Of a stretch of DNA of 32,000 bases, positions 1 through 8,998 are shown piece by piece. Every line of letters begins with the position of its first letter. Within the stretch, counting starts at the first letter, position 1. The DNA comes from Vulcanisaeta distributa DSM 14429 (GTDB lineage: Archaea; Thermoproteota; Thermoprotei; Thermoproteales; Thermocladiaceae). A program made the position numbers and the translations under genes. The stretch spans positions 1,680,001-1,712,000 of the forward strand of contig NC_014537.1 in the NCBI RefSeq assembly GCF_000148385.1. The letters run 5' to 3'. Under the pieces are notes generated by a model. It made no database searches and was not told the origin of the DNA. It saw only the letters and a program-made list of their open reading frames with translations.

Positions 1-1
1 T

Positions 2-409
2 AGTGATCTAACGGATATACTGGGGCTTAGGATGGTTAATAGGAATCCAGGCTCAGGCACGAGACTAGCAACGGAATTACTACTCAATGGGATAGCCATG
101 TACACTGGGTATAGTATGGATGAGATAAGGAAGGTTGTGAAGGGCTATAACGACGTTGTTAAGACTCATATAGAGGTTACCGAGAAGGTAGCTAGGGGAT
201 TGGCTGACTACGGCATAGCAATTGCTGGGCAAGCACTCAAAATGGGTCTTGCCATTAAGCCCATAGCCCTTGAGGAGTTCGACATTGTGGTTTCTAAGGC
301 AAGCATTAATAAACCAACGGTTAAGGAGTTTATACGTAGGATAAGTAAGGTAGAGCCCAGACCTGGCTATGTAATGCTTAGGAACACTGGTGAGCTTTAC
401 TCCAGGTAA
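2..409 (+). CDS. C-terminal part of a PBP-like (molybdate/tungstate-binding type) substrate-binding domain protein; the 5' end lies outside the window
   Basis: The frame is open from nt 2 (SDLTDILGLR precedes the first Met at 32). VNRNPGSGTR and the later EEFDIVV segment resemble the PBP_like domain fused to MoeA/HTH proteins in archaea. The stop is at 407-409. Confidence 0.5.
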   Translation, partial: SDLTDILGLRMVNRNPGSGTRLATELLLNGIAMYTGYSMDEIRKVVKGYNDVVKTHIEVTEKVARGLADYGIAIAGQALKMGLAIKPIALEEFDIVVSKASINKPTVKEFIRRISKVEPRPGYVMLRNTGELYSR

Positions 410-1167
410 TCATAATCACTACCCCCAACATAGACATTATGAAGAACTCTATAGAGTGCGTCAAGGCCCTCGCCAGTCTTAGCACTTATTGGTATTGGCC
501 TTGGTATAGTACCGATGGCGGTTAATATGTCCGACAACCTAACACTTAAGTCTGCCTCTAACTTATTGGCCTGGTTAGACATCAACGCCTCCCTGAGTAG
601 GTCCGTCTCCTCACTCCACTCAAGTATTTCATCAACTACAGACCTATCGAGCAGATCAATCTTATTGAGCACATTCACCTGAGGCATGTTAAACCTAAAC
701 TGCGTTGAGAGAGCGAGGAGCATCGATGACACGTAACCACTTGGTGTTTGGGCCTGCGTCGCATCTATTACGAAGACAACAGCCGACCTATCCATACTCA
801 GCCTATTAATTAGTACCGAACCGACACTCCTAAAGGCGAATAGCTCCATCTGCCCCGGCGTGTCTATTAAGACGTAATTCGCACCAATATCCATTATCTG
901 ACTCTTAATCTCCTGGGCCCTAACTGCCAACATGTCTATGGCGGCTATTATCGAGCCATTGGGACCAAGCTTATACTTCCTCATCAACTCCCGGGCCGAA
1001 ACCACATCCCTAATATCAATGTCCGGTATGTAGGGCACGTACTCCACCGCTGGATCCAAATTAACTATGGCAACATCGTACTGATTATTCTCAAGCCACT
1101 CAGCGAAGGTACTAACAAGCGTTGTTTTACCTGATCCGGCAGTCCCCACGATAAATACTGTGAACAT
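397..1167 (-). CDS. GPN-loop GTPase (Npa3/XAB1/PAB0955 family)
   Basis: P-loop GTAGSGKTT, signature GPNG (KLGPNGSII), DTPGQ (G3) and NKID (G4). Length is 256 aa. It overlaps the convergent upstream gene by 13 nt. Confidence 0.85.
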   Translation of the reverse strand: MFTVFIVGTAGSGKTTLVSTFAEWLENNQYDVAIVNLDPAVEYVPYIPDIDIRDVVSARELMRKYKLGPNGSIIAAIDMLAVRAQEIKSQIMDIGANYVLIDTPGQMELFAFRSVGSVLINRLSMDRSAVVFVIDATQAQTPSGYVSSMLLALSTQFRFNMPQVNVLNKIDLLDRSVVDEILEWSEETDLLREALMSNQANKLEADLSVRLSDILTAIGTIPRPIPISAKTGEGLDALYRVLHNVYVGGSDYDYLE

Positions 1168-1212
1168 TCATTACGGGAGTAAAAAACCTCAATAAAAAAC
1201 TTCCGAATCGCA

Positions 1213-2343
1213 TTAAACACTGATGTACAGCGTGGCCATTAATGCCCTGGCTGCAGCATCGCCAAGTAGCATGTACCTAACACTATCCTTTAAACCCACG
1301 TAATTAGCAACCACGGTTACCAATGCACCACTTATTAATGAGCCAATTAACGTACCAACACCATAGAATAGGTTGTACAGGCTAACTGCCGTTCTCCTAT
1401 CTTCGGAATTATCGTATACGAAGGATATGTAGGCAACGTTCGAAGCAGAGTTCGTGAATCCAGCTACCATGTTTGCCAGGTAAATCACGTAAACATTATT
1501 GGCCAGGGCATATGATAATGGGAATGTCACAAGCAAGAGCCTTCCCAGGAACATTACCAACTTCCTATTCTTATCAAACCATCTGCCCACAAACCTCTGT
1601 AGTGTTAAGGTTGATATGCCGCTAATCACATTAACAATGGCTAGTTGCTCAACATTCATATTAAGCAGATAGACCTGAGCCAATGGGAAAAGAGGCCATG
1701 CGAAGCTCCATACGATAGCGAATAAAGTATTGATAAGGAGGAATTTTGCCAATTTTCTATTATTTTTAAGTATTAATAATGGTTCAGTAACCACCTGATC
1801 ACTAGGGTCAGTTAATTCAATGCTCCACACATTAATTGCATTGATGAAAATAAGCGATGCCGTGGTCATGAATACATAGTGCATTATTGCATAATTGCTA
1901 CCGACTATGATGCCCGTAATTAACGTAGCTAATAAGCTACCTATGGAGCCGTAAAACGCAAAGTTAGCCAATACCCAACCCCTACTACCCCTGCTCAATC
2001 TTTCCATTATTAATGCCCATGCAAATGAATTCGCACCGCCAACGCCGGCTATCAGGACGTAGATTATTAAGTACATTATGGGATTACCATAGGCTATGAA
2101 TGCCATTATGAACCATAGAACGGCAAGTAGCAAGGTTGAGAACTTCAGCAATTGCTCAACTCGCTTAACCCTCCTTAGTGGTAATTGAACGATACCGCTA
2201 AAGAATGACGTTGCTGACGAAACAATACTAATGCCGACATTGGGCACGCCTATTACGGCGGCTAGGAAACTCATGAAGGGTGATGCAAGTCCATTGGCGA
2301 GGTTTTGGATGAGTATGTAATTTTTCAATTTCTTATTACTCAT
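1213..2343 (-). CDS. MFS-type transporter (about 12 predicted TM segments)
   Basis: 376-aa highly hydrophobic ORF with two-halves organisation and a central basic loop (NNRKLAKF), which is the general MFS pattern. Substrate is unknown. Confidence 0.6.
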   Translation of the reverse strand: MSNKKLKNYILIQNLANGLASPFMSFLAAVIGVPNVGISIVSSATSFFSGIVQLPLRRVKRVEQLLKFSTLLLAVLWFIMAFIAYGNPIMYLIIYVLIAGVGGANSFAWALIMERLSRGSRGWVLANFAFYGSIGSLLATLITGIIVGSNYAIMHYVFMTTASLIFINAINVWSIELTDPSDQVVTEPLLILKNNRKLAKFLLINTLFAIVWSFAWPLFPLAQVYLLNMNVEQLAIVNVISGISTLTLQRFVGRWFDKNRKLVMFLGRLLLVTFPLSYALANNVYVIYLANMVAGFTNSASNVAYISFVYDNSEDRRTAVSLYNLFYGVGTLIGSLISGALVTVVANYVGLKDSVRYMLLGDAAARALMATLYISV

Positions 2344-2488
2344 ACATCAATTAATCATAAAATTAAACCACTTAAAAACCATACCCAGAATTTGAACATC
2401 AGCCCGGGTTCTACCAATCACTTTATCATCCTGGTCTAGCACTCATCACTATAGGTACCCTATAGACACAATGAAATAAGGCTTACCA

Positions 2489-3112
2489 CTACGGGCTCTT
2501 AATCATTAGATACGCCAGGTCACCAATAAATAATGCTAACACGAAAAGCGCTATTACAAACACGATGATTGACCTCACTGAGACGTAAAGCGCATATAAG
2601 GCAATTACCAACTGAGGTAATGAGTAAAGTACTGCACTCACACGCCCAACATCAAATAACTTCCTACTTGCTCTAACATAAATAATGACTGACTCAAGAA
2701 ACAGCGCTACCGTGGAAATAAGGTTAATCATAAGAATATTAATTATAGAGTTAAGCGATATTAACGATACAGCTGCAGAAACTATGGGTAGGTCAAGATC
2801 AAGGTCATAAACATCAAGTGCCCTTATGAGACCCCTCCTCATTCTATTAAAAAATACCTTACCACCAACGGTTAGACCGAGAACCGTGACATAGGATATA
2901 TAGACTTTATACCAGGGCTCAATCCACGAAATTAGGGTTAAAGCCACGGCAGCGGCACCAATGAGGTATAACGGCGTTAGGTAATTCAGCCTCTCCTTAA
3001 TATACGATAACCTATAATCGGCGCTGAATCGAAAGGCGGAGGCATATTCAAGGGTAAACCAAGAAATACCTAGCAAACCAAAGCCGATGCCCAACAACCA
3101 CAGAAACATCAT
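2489..3112 (-). CDS. hypothetical polytopic membrane protein
   Basis: 207-aa ORF with several long hydrophobic stretches. I recognise no family motif. Confidence 0.45.
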   Translation of the reverse strand: MMFLWLLGIGFGLLGISWFTLEYASAFRFSADYRLSYIKERLNYLTPLYLIGAAAVALTLISWIEPWYKVYISYVTVLGLTVGGKVFFNRMRRGLIRALDVYDLDLDLPIVSAAVSLISLNSIINILMINLISTVALFLESVIIYVRASRKLFDVGRVSAVLYSLPQLVIALYALYVSVRSIIVFVIALFVLALFIGDLAYLMIKSP

Positions 3113-3162
3113 ATAGAAAATAATGAATGAAACAAAAAGCTAACTCTCACATAATGATTTTG

Positions 3163-3239
3163 TGGTGGACCGGCCGGGATTTGAACCCGGGATCTCCCGC
3201 GCGCCAAGCGGGCATCCTTCCAGGCTAGACTACCGGCCC
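3163..3239 (-). tRNA. tRNA-Ala (anticodon GGC), intron-less, CCA encoded
   Basis: Minus-strand read: GGGCCGGTAGTCTAGCCTGGAAGGATGCCCGCTTGGCGCGCGGGAGATCCCGGGTTCAAATCCCGGCCGGTCCACCA. It forms a cloverleaf with a 7-bp acceptor stem containing G3:U70 (the Ala identity pair). The anticodon stem is CCCGC/GCGGG with loop TTGGCGC. The T arm is CCGGG-TTCAAAT-CCCGG. Confidence 0.9.
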
Positions 3240-3259
3240 AAGGGAAGCCGAGAACCAAG

Positions 3260-3273
3260 AAATTTAAGCTTTT
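3260..3273 (-). promoter_or_regulatory. BRE/TATA-like promoter element of tRNA-Ala(GGC)
   Basis: The minus strand reads AAAAGCTTAAATTT. The TATA-like TTAAATTT ends 20 nt upstream of tRNA position 1. The identical element is found upstream of the second tRNA-Ala. Confidence 0.5.
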
Positions 3274-3946
3274 AGTTTCGTGGGTCTATTACCGACTCTA
3301 TGCATTGTGGTGGTACGTAGTCCGTAAGTCTTATCCTATCCGTCGCAATCAATATTTGTTGATCGTTCCTTCTAAGGCAATCTACGTTTATCTTTAATAT
3401 TACTACGTCATTACCATGCCTAAGAGCCACCTCATAAGCATCCCTCGGGTCCAGTACTAAGTGCACGTACTTCCTGTTCATAGGCTTTATACCCTCACGC
3501 ATTATTCGTACCAACGCCCTCTTCGTGGTTCCATGATATAGAGTCCTCACTTCACTGTCAACCTCATACCTTATATTAACATCGAGCGACTTATTATGGC
3601 CATACCTAGCCCTAATCATCCCATCCCTAATCTCAAACCTACCCTTTGGGTCAAGCGACGCCACCGCCATTATATGCTCCTTAGTCAGCCATGAGTATGC
3701 CTTTGGATCCCATTTATCCCTTAATGCATGTACCAACTCATCAATGCTTACCCAACCCTCACTGTCCATTGATAGGTTTACCGCACTCGGATCATGCCTA
3801 AGTAGGTAGGTCATTAAATGACTCAGCCTGCTCCTTAATTTACCATCTAGTAATAACCTAGCTTGTACCCCGCAATGTACCGTGTCCTCGGTGTATGAGC
3901 CGCAAATCACGCACTTATATATACTTCTCATTCGCAATTTAATCAA
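3272..3946 (-). CDS. kptA: RNA 2'-phosphotransferase, Tpt1/KptA family, with an N-terminal Cys/His-containing extension
   Basis: Family landmarks are LSHLMTYLLRHDP, GWVSIDEL, IRARYGHN, LYHGT and RKYVHL. An extra N-terminal segment reads YKCVICGSYTEDTVHCG. The stop abuts the tRNA promoter repeat. Confidence 0.8.
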   Translation of the reverse strand: MIKLRMRSIYKCVICGSYTEDTVHCGVQARLLLDGKLRSRLSHLMTYLLRHDPSAVNLSMDSEGWVSIDELVHALRDKWDPKAYSWLTKEHIMAVASLDPKGRFEIRDGMIRARYGHNKSLDVNIRYEVDSEVRTLYHGTTKRALVRIMREGIKPMNRKYVHLVLDPRDAYEVALRHGNDVVILKINVDCLRRNDQQILIATDRIRLTDYVPPQCIESVIDPRN

Positions 3947-3998
3947 CGGATCAATACTACTTTAGTCTTTCTTTATCTTGTGTGATTAATTGAAATAA

Positions 3999-4367
3999 TT
4001 GATTATTTTCAATTCAAGCGTGAGTGCAGGAGCTAATTTACTTAGGATGATTGAGGATATGCAGAGACTATTTACGAAGATTTATGACTTGGCCATGACG
4101 ATACAGGGCGGCGTATTTATAATACATATAGCGATGTCCAATGAACCAGGTACTCTGGGCAGGGTTTTGACGACGATAGAGGCGGCCACAGGGCTTAACC
4201 TATTACTAGCTTATGCCTATGGCTGGCCAGGCGAGGCTATTGGCTACGCCTTACTTGTTTACCCAGCTGAGGGTGGTGATGAGGTTGGTAAGAAGCTTGT
4301 GGAGGCCTCGAAATCAGCTGGAGCAATAATACTGGGTGCATACAAGATAGAAAATAAGATGCTATGA
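3999..4367 (+). CDS. small ACT-domain-like protein; the start is uncertain
   Basis: VFIIHIAMSNEPGTLGRVLTTIEAATGLNL is a typical ACT beta-alpha opening. 3999 is a TTG codon. In-frame ATGs at 4047 (MIEDMQ) and 4095 (MTIQGG) are plausible real starts. Confidence 0.5.
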   Translation: MIIFNSSVSAGANLLRMIEDMQRLFTKIYDLAMTIQGGVFIIHIAMSNEPGTLGRVLTTIEAATGLNLLLAYAYGWPGEAIGYALLVYPAEGGDEVGKKLVEASKSAGAIILGAYKIENKML

Positions 4368-4384
4368 TATTTGAATAATTAAAA

Positions 4385-5107
4385 CTATGAGTACCTAACA
4401 CCACTCGGGTCTAACTTATTTAGGAATTGCAATTCATCCTGCGTTACAGGCTCAAGAATTCTTAATGATTCTCTAACTCTTGGTTTAAACGCCATATTAT
4501 TAATCACATCATCAACACCAACACCAGGGAATAAACCGGCCAACACTAATTCGCCTAACTCATTATCAAACTCAAACATGGCCTTTGGAGTACATATCGT
4601 TAAATGCGGTCCCTGCTTCGTGGGCCCGGGGGCAGTTATGAAGTCAACCCTCTCAACGAGCGTTCTTCTCGAGTGCTCCTTGAGCCACATCACAACCCTA
4701 CGGGCTCTCCTATATAGGTAAGCCGCGGCTGCACCGCCGGGTAATCTAACCCTGGGTCTCTCGTAATTACCAATGACAGATAAGTTCATGTCGCCCCTAC
4801 GATCAACCTGGGCCGCCGAAAAGAACATAACATCAAGCTGCCCACGTCTGGCTAAGTCAAAGGCATCTAGACTCGTTACAAAACCCTCACCATCAATAAA
4901 TGAGTAAGGATCTCCAGATGATGGCGTTATCACTATGTTACGGGGCTCGTATACTTCAGCCACATTAATGAACCATACGTTCAATCCCCAATACCTAGCC
5001 AACGCAACCGCTAACACGGCGGGGACTGAGGCAAGGCCCGTATATATGACGTCACCATCCCTCAGCTGCTTCGCCATGCACTTAATGACGTTGTCCATAT
5101 CAGCCAT
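4385..5107 (-). CDS. CoA-transferase subunit B (family I, GctB/3-oxoacid type)
   Basis: Subunit-B-like sequence (VIYTGLASVPAVLA, MFFSAAQVDRRGDMN, VDFITAPGP). I prefer the ATG at 5107 (MADMDNV). This gives the ATGGCTGA start/stop overlap with subunit A that is typical of translational coupling. The longest ORF would start at 5134. Confidence 0.72.
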   Translation of the reverse strand: MADMDNVIKCMAKQLRDGDVIYTGLASVPAVLAVALARYWGLNVWFINVAEVYEPRNIVITPSSGDPYSFIDGEGFVTSLDAFDLARRGQLDVMFFSAAQVDRRGDMNLSVIGNYERPRVRLPGGAAAAYLYRRARRVVMWLKEHSRRTLVERVDFITAPGPTKQGPHLTICTPKAMFEFDNELGELVLAGLFPGVGVDDVINNMAFKPRVRESLRILEPVTQDELQFLNKLDPSGVRYS

Positions 5108-5915
5108 GGACAAACACCTCAAGCACCTTCTCAATACTCAGCCCAGCCTTAACACTATCAAGATACCTCTTGATAACGTCATAATCAGCCTTATAATAGC
5201 CATACATTGACGTCGGCCACGCACCCCTTGGCGCGTGCACAACGGCAGTTACCATGAAGCCTGGTATTGTTAAGCGCTCTGGATGCTCCCTGAAATAATC
5301 CTCACTTACTATCTCTTCAGCCGTAATTATGACCTTCTTAGCCGCCTGAATCTTAAGTAAATCCTCGTATTTAGGACCATAAATCTCAACATCACCCCTC
5401 TCATCAGCCCTATGAGCATGTACCAGCGCCACGTCAGGCCTTATCGCCTTAACCGCTATCAACTCCTGATCATTAAACGGATCCTTAATGACCTTCCAAA
5501 TGCCCCTCTTGACATTCAATGGAACTAATTCGCTGTCTAACGTAATGGCTGACGGCATGAAAGAGAGCCCGTAAGCCCCTGCACGAAGTCCAGCCATTAC
5601 ACCCTCACAAACGTCCTCTATGAACTCCACCTCTCCGTTCTCCACCATCCTCCTAAACCCAGGTGCGATGCCAAAGTGTTCAAATGTGACCATCGCAGCC
5701 CTAATCCTCTTAACCCTACCCGATATCGTTAGTAAGTCAAAGGCAAGCCCAGGCTCCCTATCTATTAGTGCTAGGTCCCTCTTATTTGACTTAGCTATGG
5801 CAATGGCCATTGACATGGGATTACGGTGAAAGGACATGCCCCCAATCGCTATTTCATCGCCATCGTTTACTAAATCTAAGGCCTCCTTAATACTCATTAA
5901 CTTGTTCCTAGCCAT
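5100..5915 (-). CDS. CoA-transferase subunit A (family I, GctA/3-oxoacid type)
   Basis: The N-terminus KLMSIKEALDLVNDGDEIAIGGMSFHRNP is typical of CoA-transferase alpha subunits. Length is 271 aa. It lies directly upstream of, and overlaps, subunit B. Confidence 0.75.
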   Translation of the reverse strand: MARNKLMSIKEALDLVNDGDEIAIGGMSFHRNPMSMAIAIAKSNKRDLALIDREPGLAFDLLTISGRVKRIRAAMVTFEHFGIAPGFRRMVENGEVEFIEDVCEGVMAGLRAGAYGLSFMPSAITLDSELVPLNVKRGIWKVIKDPFNDQELIAVKAIRPDVALVHAHRADERGDVEIYGPKYEDLLKIQAAKKVIITAEEIVSEDYFREHPERLTIPGFMVTAVVHAPRGAWPTSMYGYYKADYDVIKRYLDSVKAGLSIEKVLEVFVHG

Positions 5916-5959
5916 TTGTAATCACGGGTATTAAAGCGCTTAAGTGGAGATATTAAGTT

Positions 5960-6238
5960 TTATGATATAAACGCCTTAGGCGCAATTAATATCTCATCAC
6001 CATCATTAAGATTGGTAAGCAAGCCCCTCAACCAATGTATGTCCCTACCATTCACAATCACGATATAATTCTCATTAAGTTCATCACCCTTAAGCAGTAT
6101 CTTCGGAATTTCTGGATTTACCTCACCAAGCTTCATTATTAAGTCCCTAACCGTATACCCACTCGGTACCTGCAAGGTAATGCTCACTGCATTAGCAAGT
6201 TCATGAAGATTCGCTGATAATATTACCCTTACCTTCAT
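5960..6238 (-). CDS. MoaD/ThiS-like beta-grasp (ubiquitin-like) protein lacking a C-terminal Gly-Gly
   Basis: MKVRVILSANLHELA, then IVIVNGRDI, then DGDEILIAPKAFIS follows the MoaD layout, but the protein ends in IS rather than GG. The ATG at 6238 lies 5 nt after the upstream ORF stop. The alternative TTG start at 6253 would overlap that ORF. Confidence 0.55.
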   Translation of the reverse strand: MKVRVILSANLHELANAVSITLQVPSGYTVRDLIMKLGEVNPEIPKILLKGDELNENYIVIVNGRDIHWLRGLLTNLNDGDEILIAPKAFIS

Positions 6239-6243
6239 GGTCG

Positions 6244-6483
6244 TCAAGAACAAACGGAGTCGACGAACGCCCTCGCCAGTTCCCTGGCACGGTCTATTGA
6301 ATTCGTCTCCTCAACACATGCATTCTCCTCATCCTTCATGTATACTACGTACCTACCGCCAACATCGTAAATCATGCTCCTACCAAAACAATTCTCCTCA
6401 AGTAACGTCTGATAAGCCTCAATGGGTTCTTTATCTGACAAGGCCTCAACAATGCTCCTCACCTTGTCATTATTACATTCCAT
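6244..6483 (-). CDS. hypothetical small acidic protein (79 aa, 4 Cys)
   Basis: It has protein-like composition, unlike the Ser/Pro/His-rich antisense ORF 6237-6533. It is tightly coupled to the downstream MoaD-like gene, and an AT-rich divergent promoter region lies at 6484-6561. Confidence 0.4.
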   Translation of the reverse strand: MECNNDKVRSIVEALSDKEPIEAYQTLLEENCFGRSMIYDVGGRYVVYMKDEENACVEETNSIDRARELARAFVDSVCS

Positions 6484-6561
6484 TAGGTATGCCGTGCCAT
6501 TTTTACCCTTTTAAGTATAGCGTTAATACTTAATTAACTTAAGACATGCCAAGCTGACTAA

Positions 6562-7044
6562 ATGAGCAGGGAATACCCAAGGTATCCGTTGGTTGGTGTT
6601 GGTGCCATAGTCATTAAGAATGGCGAGATCCTGTTAATAAGAAGGGGTGCCGAGCCCAATAAGGGTAAGTGGTCAATACCCGGTGGTATGGTTGAGCCAG
6701 GCGAAGATCCGGATAAGGCTGCATTGAGGGAGTTACGGGAAGAGACCGGTATTATTGGTAGGGTAATTGGTCTCTTCGGTATTTACCAATACATAGAGCG
6801 AGATAAGGAGGGCAGGGTTAAGTACCACTTTTTGTTATTAGATTATTTAATAGAACCCATTAGTGGTGAGCCTAGGGCATCGAGTGATGCCATGGAGTTA
6901 AGGTTTATTGAATTGAAGGAGGCATTAAACCTAGACCTAACAGATACTGCAAGGCAGTTAATAATGGACTTATTAGATTCAGGACCCAAACCATGTGGTG
7001 GTGGTTTAATTAAGTATGTTAATAGAGAATTTCGAAATCATTAA
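6562..7044 (+). CDS. Nudix hydrolase
   Basis: Complete Nudix box GGMVEPGEDPDKAALRELREETGI (G-x5-E-x7-REUxEExGU). Confidence 0.85.
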   Translation: MSREYPRYPLVGVGAIVIKNGEILLIRRGAEPNKGKWSIPGGMVEPGEDPDKAALRELREETGIIGRVIGLFGIYQYIERDKEGRVKYHFLLLDYLIEPISGEPRASSDAMELRFIELKEALNLDLTDTARQLIMDLLDSGPKPCGGGLIKYVNREFRNH

Positions 7045-7294
7045 ATTCATTCCTGGGCTCCTCATAATTCACCTCAACATCTTCGACTATAGCGCCAGGG
7101 GGCCCTTTACCAACAATACTTATTAATTGCTCGATGGCATCATCAGGGCCTTCCGCAACTATTTCTACCGTGAAGCCATCAGGTAAATTCCTGACAAAGC
7201 CCTTAACGCCCAGCCTCTTGGCATTTCTCCTTACAAAGGCCCTAAAACCAACTCCCTGGACTACGCCTCTAACAAGTACGTGAACCCTCTTCAT
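7019..7294 (-). CDS. acyP: acylphosphatase
   Basis: VRGVVQGVGFRAFV and GFVRNLPDGFTVEIVAEG motifs. Length is 91 aa. The 3' end overlaps the Nudix gene by 26 nt. Confidence 0.85.
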   Translation of the reverse strand: MKRVHVLVRGVVQGVGFRAFVRRNAKRLGVKGFVRNLPDGFTVEIVAEGPDDAIEQLISIVGKGPPGAIVEDVEVNYEEPRNEFNDFEILY

Positions 7295-7342
7295 ACATTA
7301 TCCAAATAACGTTTTAAACTAGGACTTTAAAGAGTAACTAAC

Positions 7343-8995
7343 GTGTTAATTACCGACGTTAATAAGGTACTTAAGGCGTTACCGGGAATCGTACTTTTCA
7401 TAAGCCTATTATTTATAACTGGCGTTAATGCTGTACGAGCATTAATCGTGGTTTCACTATTCGTGTTATTCTATGAATTGTTCAGGAAGTATCCATTGAG
7501 AAATAACTGGTTCTTAATCCCACTGATTTCAGAAATAATACTCGCATTATCCATGATCTTTATAATGAGTAATACCTATGTCTATGATGTATTAGCGGTG
7601 TTTCTAGGGGTTATTGTGTTAGTTTTATCGTTAAGGGTTGCGGATTTAAGGGCGATGATTGTATTAATATCATTATATGTTTTATACCTATTCTATAGGG
7701 GTTACGTAAATCCCGCACCTCCAGCACTTTATTTACTAATAAATTCGCTTCTTATATTCGTATCATCCTTCATAATAACGATTAGAGGTTCAATACTGAT
7801 GTATAGGATTGACTTTCCCGAGGATGTAATTGATAGGGCAATAACGTACCTAGGCGTACTCCTGATAGTACCTGCTGCCGTATTTCTTTTAGTGCTGAAT
7901 CAACCCTATGCATACATGGCTTTGATGCCATCCATTATATCCGCAGTACCAATGATGAGGAAATTCCCCAGTTATGTCTCAGCGGCGGTATTATTAGTGA
8001 CGCTGGTTTACGGCATTTACCCAGTGGTTAGGATTTATTGGTTAGGTATTACCGCCTTAACGCTCATCTTCATAATAATGTACCTAAGACCAACCAGGTT
8101 AAGGTTTGTTAGGGGGTTGAAACCACCATTATCTTGGCTTGGCGCGTGGTTAGATGGTAAGTACCTAATCGATGATGTAATCGCAACAGGCGGCTTCAGT
8201 TACGTGCTTAGGGGTAGGGATGAGTGGGGTAGGGTCTACGCCATTAAGGTCCTTAAGGATAGGGATTCGAGAGGTAATCCTCTCGCTAATGATCCCAGGG
8301 TACTCTCATCATTTAAGAAGGAGATGAGTGAGTACCTGTTCATTGAGAGTCCACATATTGTTAGGGTGTTTGAGGTTCACATACCGCCCGATGAGGAGCT
8401 CCCGTATAAGTCTCTTGAGGATTACCTGAGTGAGCCGCCTTACGTGGTTATGGAGTTCATGGAGGGTGGATCACTGAGGGACCTAATGAAGGAGAAGGGG
8501 CCTCTTGAACTCAGTGAATTCTTAAGGCTGGCTTATTCAATAACACTTGCATTGTCTGAGCTCCATAAGGCAAACATAATACATCTTGACCTTAAGCCCG
8601 AGAACATATTATTCAAGGACAGGGAGAGAAGGATTGTGAAGATTGGCGACCTGGGCGCGGCCAAGATAATGGTTGGTGGTAAGTCATACGTATCCCAATT
8701 CTCAATAGCCTATGCAGCACCTGAGGTTAGTAAGGGAATCGCCGATGTTAGGTCGGACATTTACTCATTATCATGTATATTCTATGAAATGTTAACAGGG
8801 ATAAACCCACATATTCATAGATTAAGTAGTGGGCAGGCCTTCGTACCCCTAATAACCAGTTACAGGCCTGATGTACCGCCTGAGATAGCATCATTAATAA
8901 TGAGGGGCCTTGAGTTAAATCCGTCGTTAAGACCATCAAGTACCAATGAAATTTTAGCCGTACTTAGCAAGTTCATGAATGTAAAAGCCACTTAA
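7343..8995 (+). CDS. membrane-anchored Hanks-type Ser/Thr protein kinase (N-terminal multi-TM domain of about 260 aa plus a C-terminal kinase)
   Basis: Gly-rich loop GGFSYVLRG, AIKVL lysine, catalytic loop HLDLKPENILF, a DLG (DFG-like) motif and APE. The N-terminal half is a series of hydrophobic helices. The start codon is GTG. Confidence 0.8.
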   Translation: MLITDVNKVLKALPGIVLFISLLFITGVNAVRALIVVSLFVLFYELFRKYPLRNNWFLIPLISEIILALSMIFIMSNTYVYDVLAVFLGVIVLVLSLRVADLRAMIVLISLYVLYLFYRGYVNPAPPALYLLINSLLIFVSSFIITIRGSILMYRIDFPEDVIDRAITYLGVLLIVPAAVFLLVLNQPYAYMALMPSIISAVPMMRKFPSYVSAAVLLVTLVYGIYPVVRIYWLGITALTLIFIIMYLRPTRLRFVRGLKPPLSWLGAWLDGKYLIDDVIATGGFSYVLRGRDEWGRVYAIKVLKDRDSRGNPLANDPRVLSSFKKEMSEYLFIESPHIVRVFEVHIPPDEELPYKSLEDYLSEPPYVVMEFMEGGSLRDLMKEKGPLELSEFLRLAYSITLALSELHKANIIHLDLKPENILFKDRERRIVKIGDLGAAKIMVGGKSYVSQFSIAYAAPEVSKGIADVRSDIYSLSCIFYEMLTGINPHIHRLSSGQAFVPLITSYRPDVPPEIASLIMRGLELNPSLRPSSTNEILAVLSKFMNVKAT

Positions 8996-8998
8996 TGG

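Larger units (their letters stand above)
3153..3273 (-). repeat. copy 1 of the duplicated tRNA-Ala module (trailer + tRNA + leader/promoter)
   Basis: Identical to 18961-19096 except for the anticodon loop and intron. Identity includes 10 nt 3' of the tRNA and 34 nt 5' of it. Confidence 0.85.

Noticed and set aside
2384-2412. An intergenic stretch, CCCAGAATTTGAACATCAGCCCGGGTTCT, that resembles the tRNA-Ala T-arm region (GGGATTTGAACCCGGGATCT), considered as a possible tRNA remnant or att scar.
   Set aside because: The match needs a 5-6 nt insertion inside the T loop. No acceptor, D or anticodon arm can be found around it. Another chance GTTCAAATCC occurs at 27729-27738. The similarity is too weak to call.
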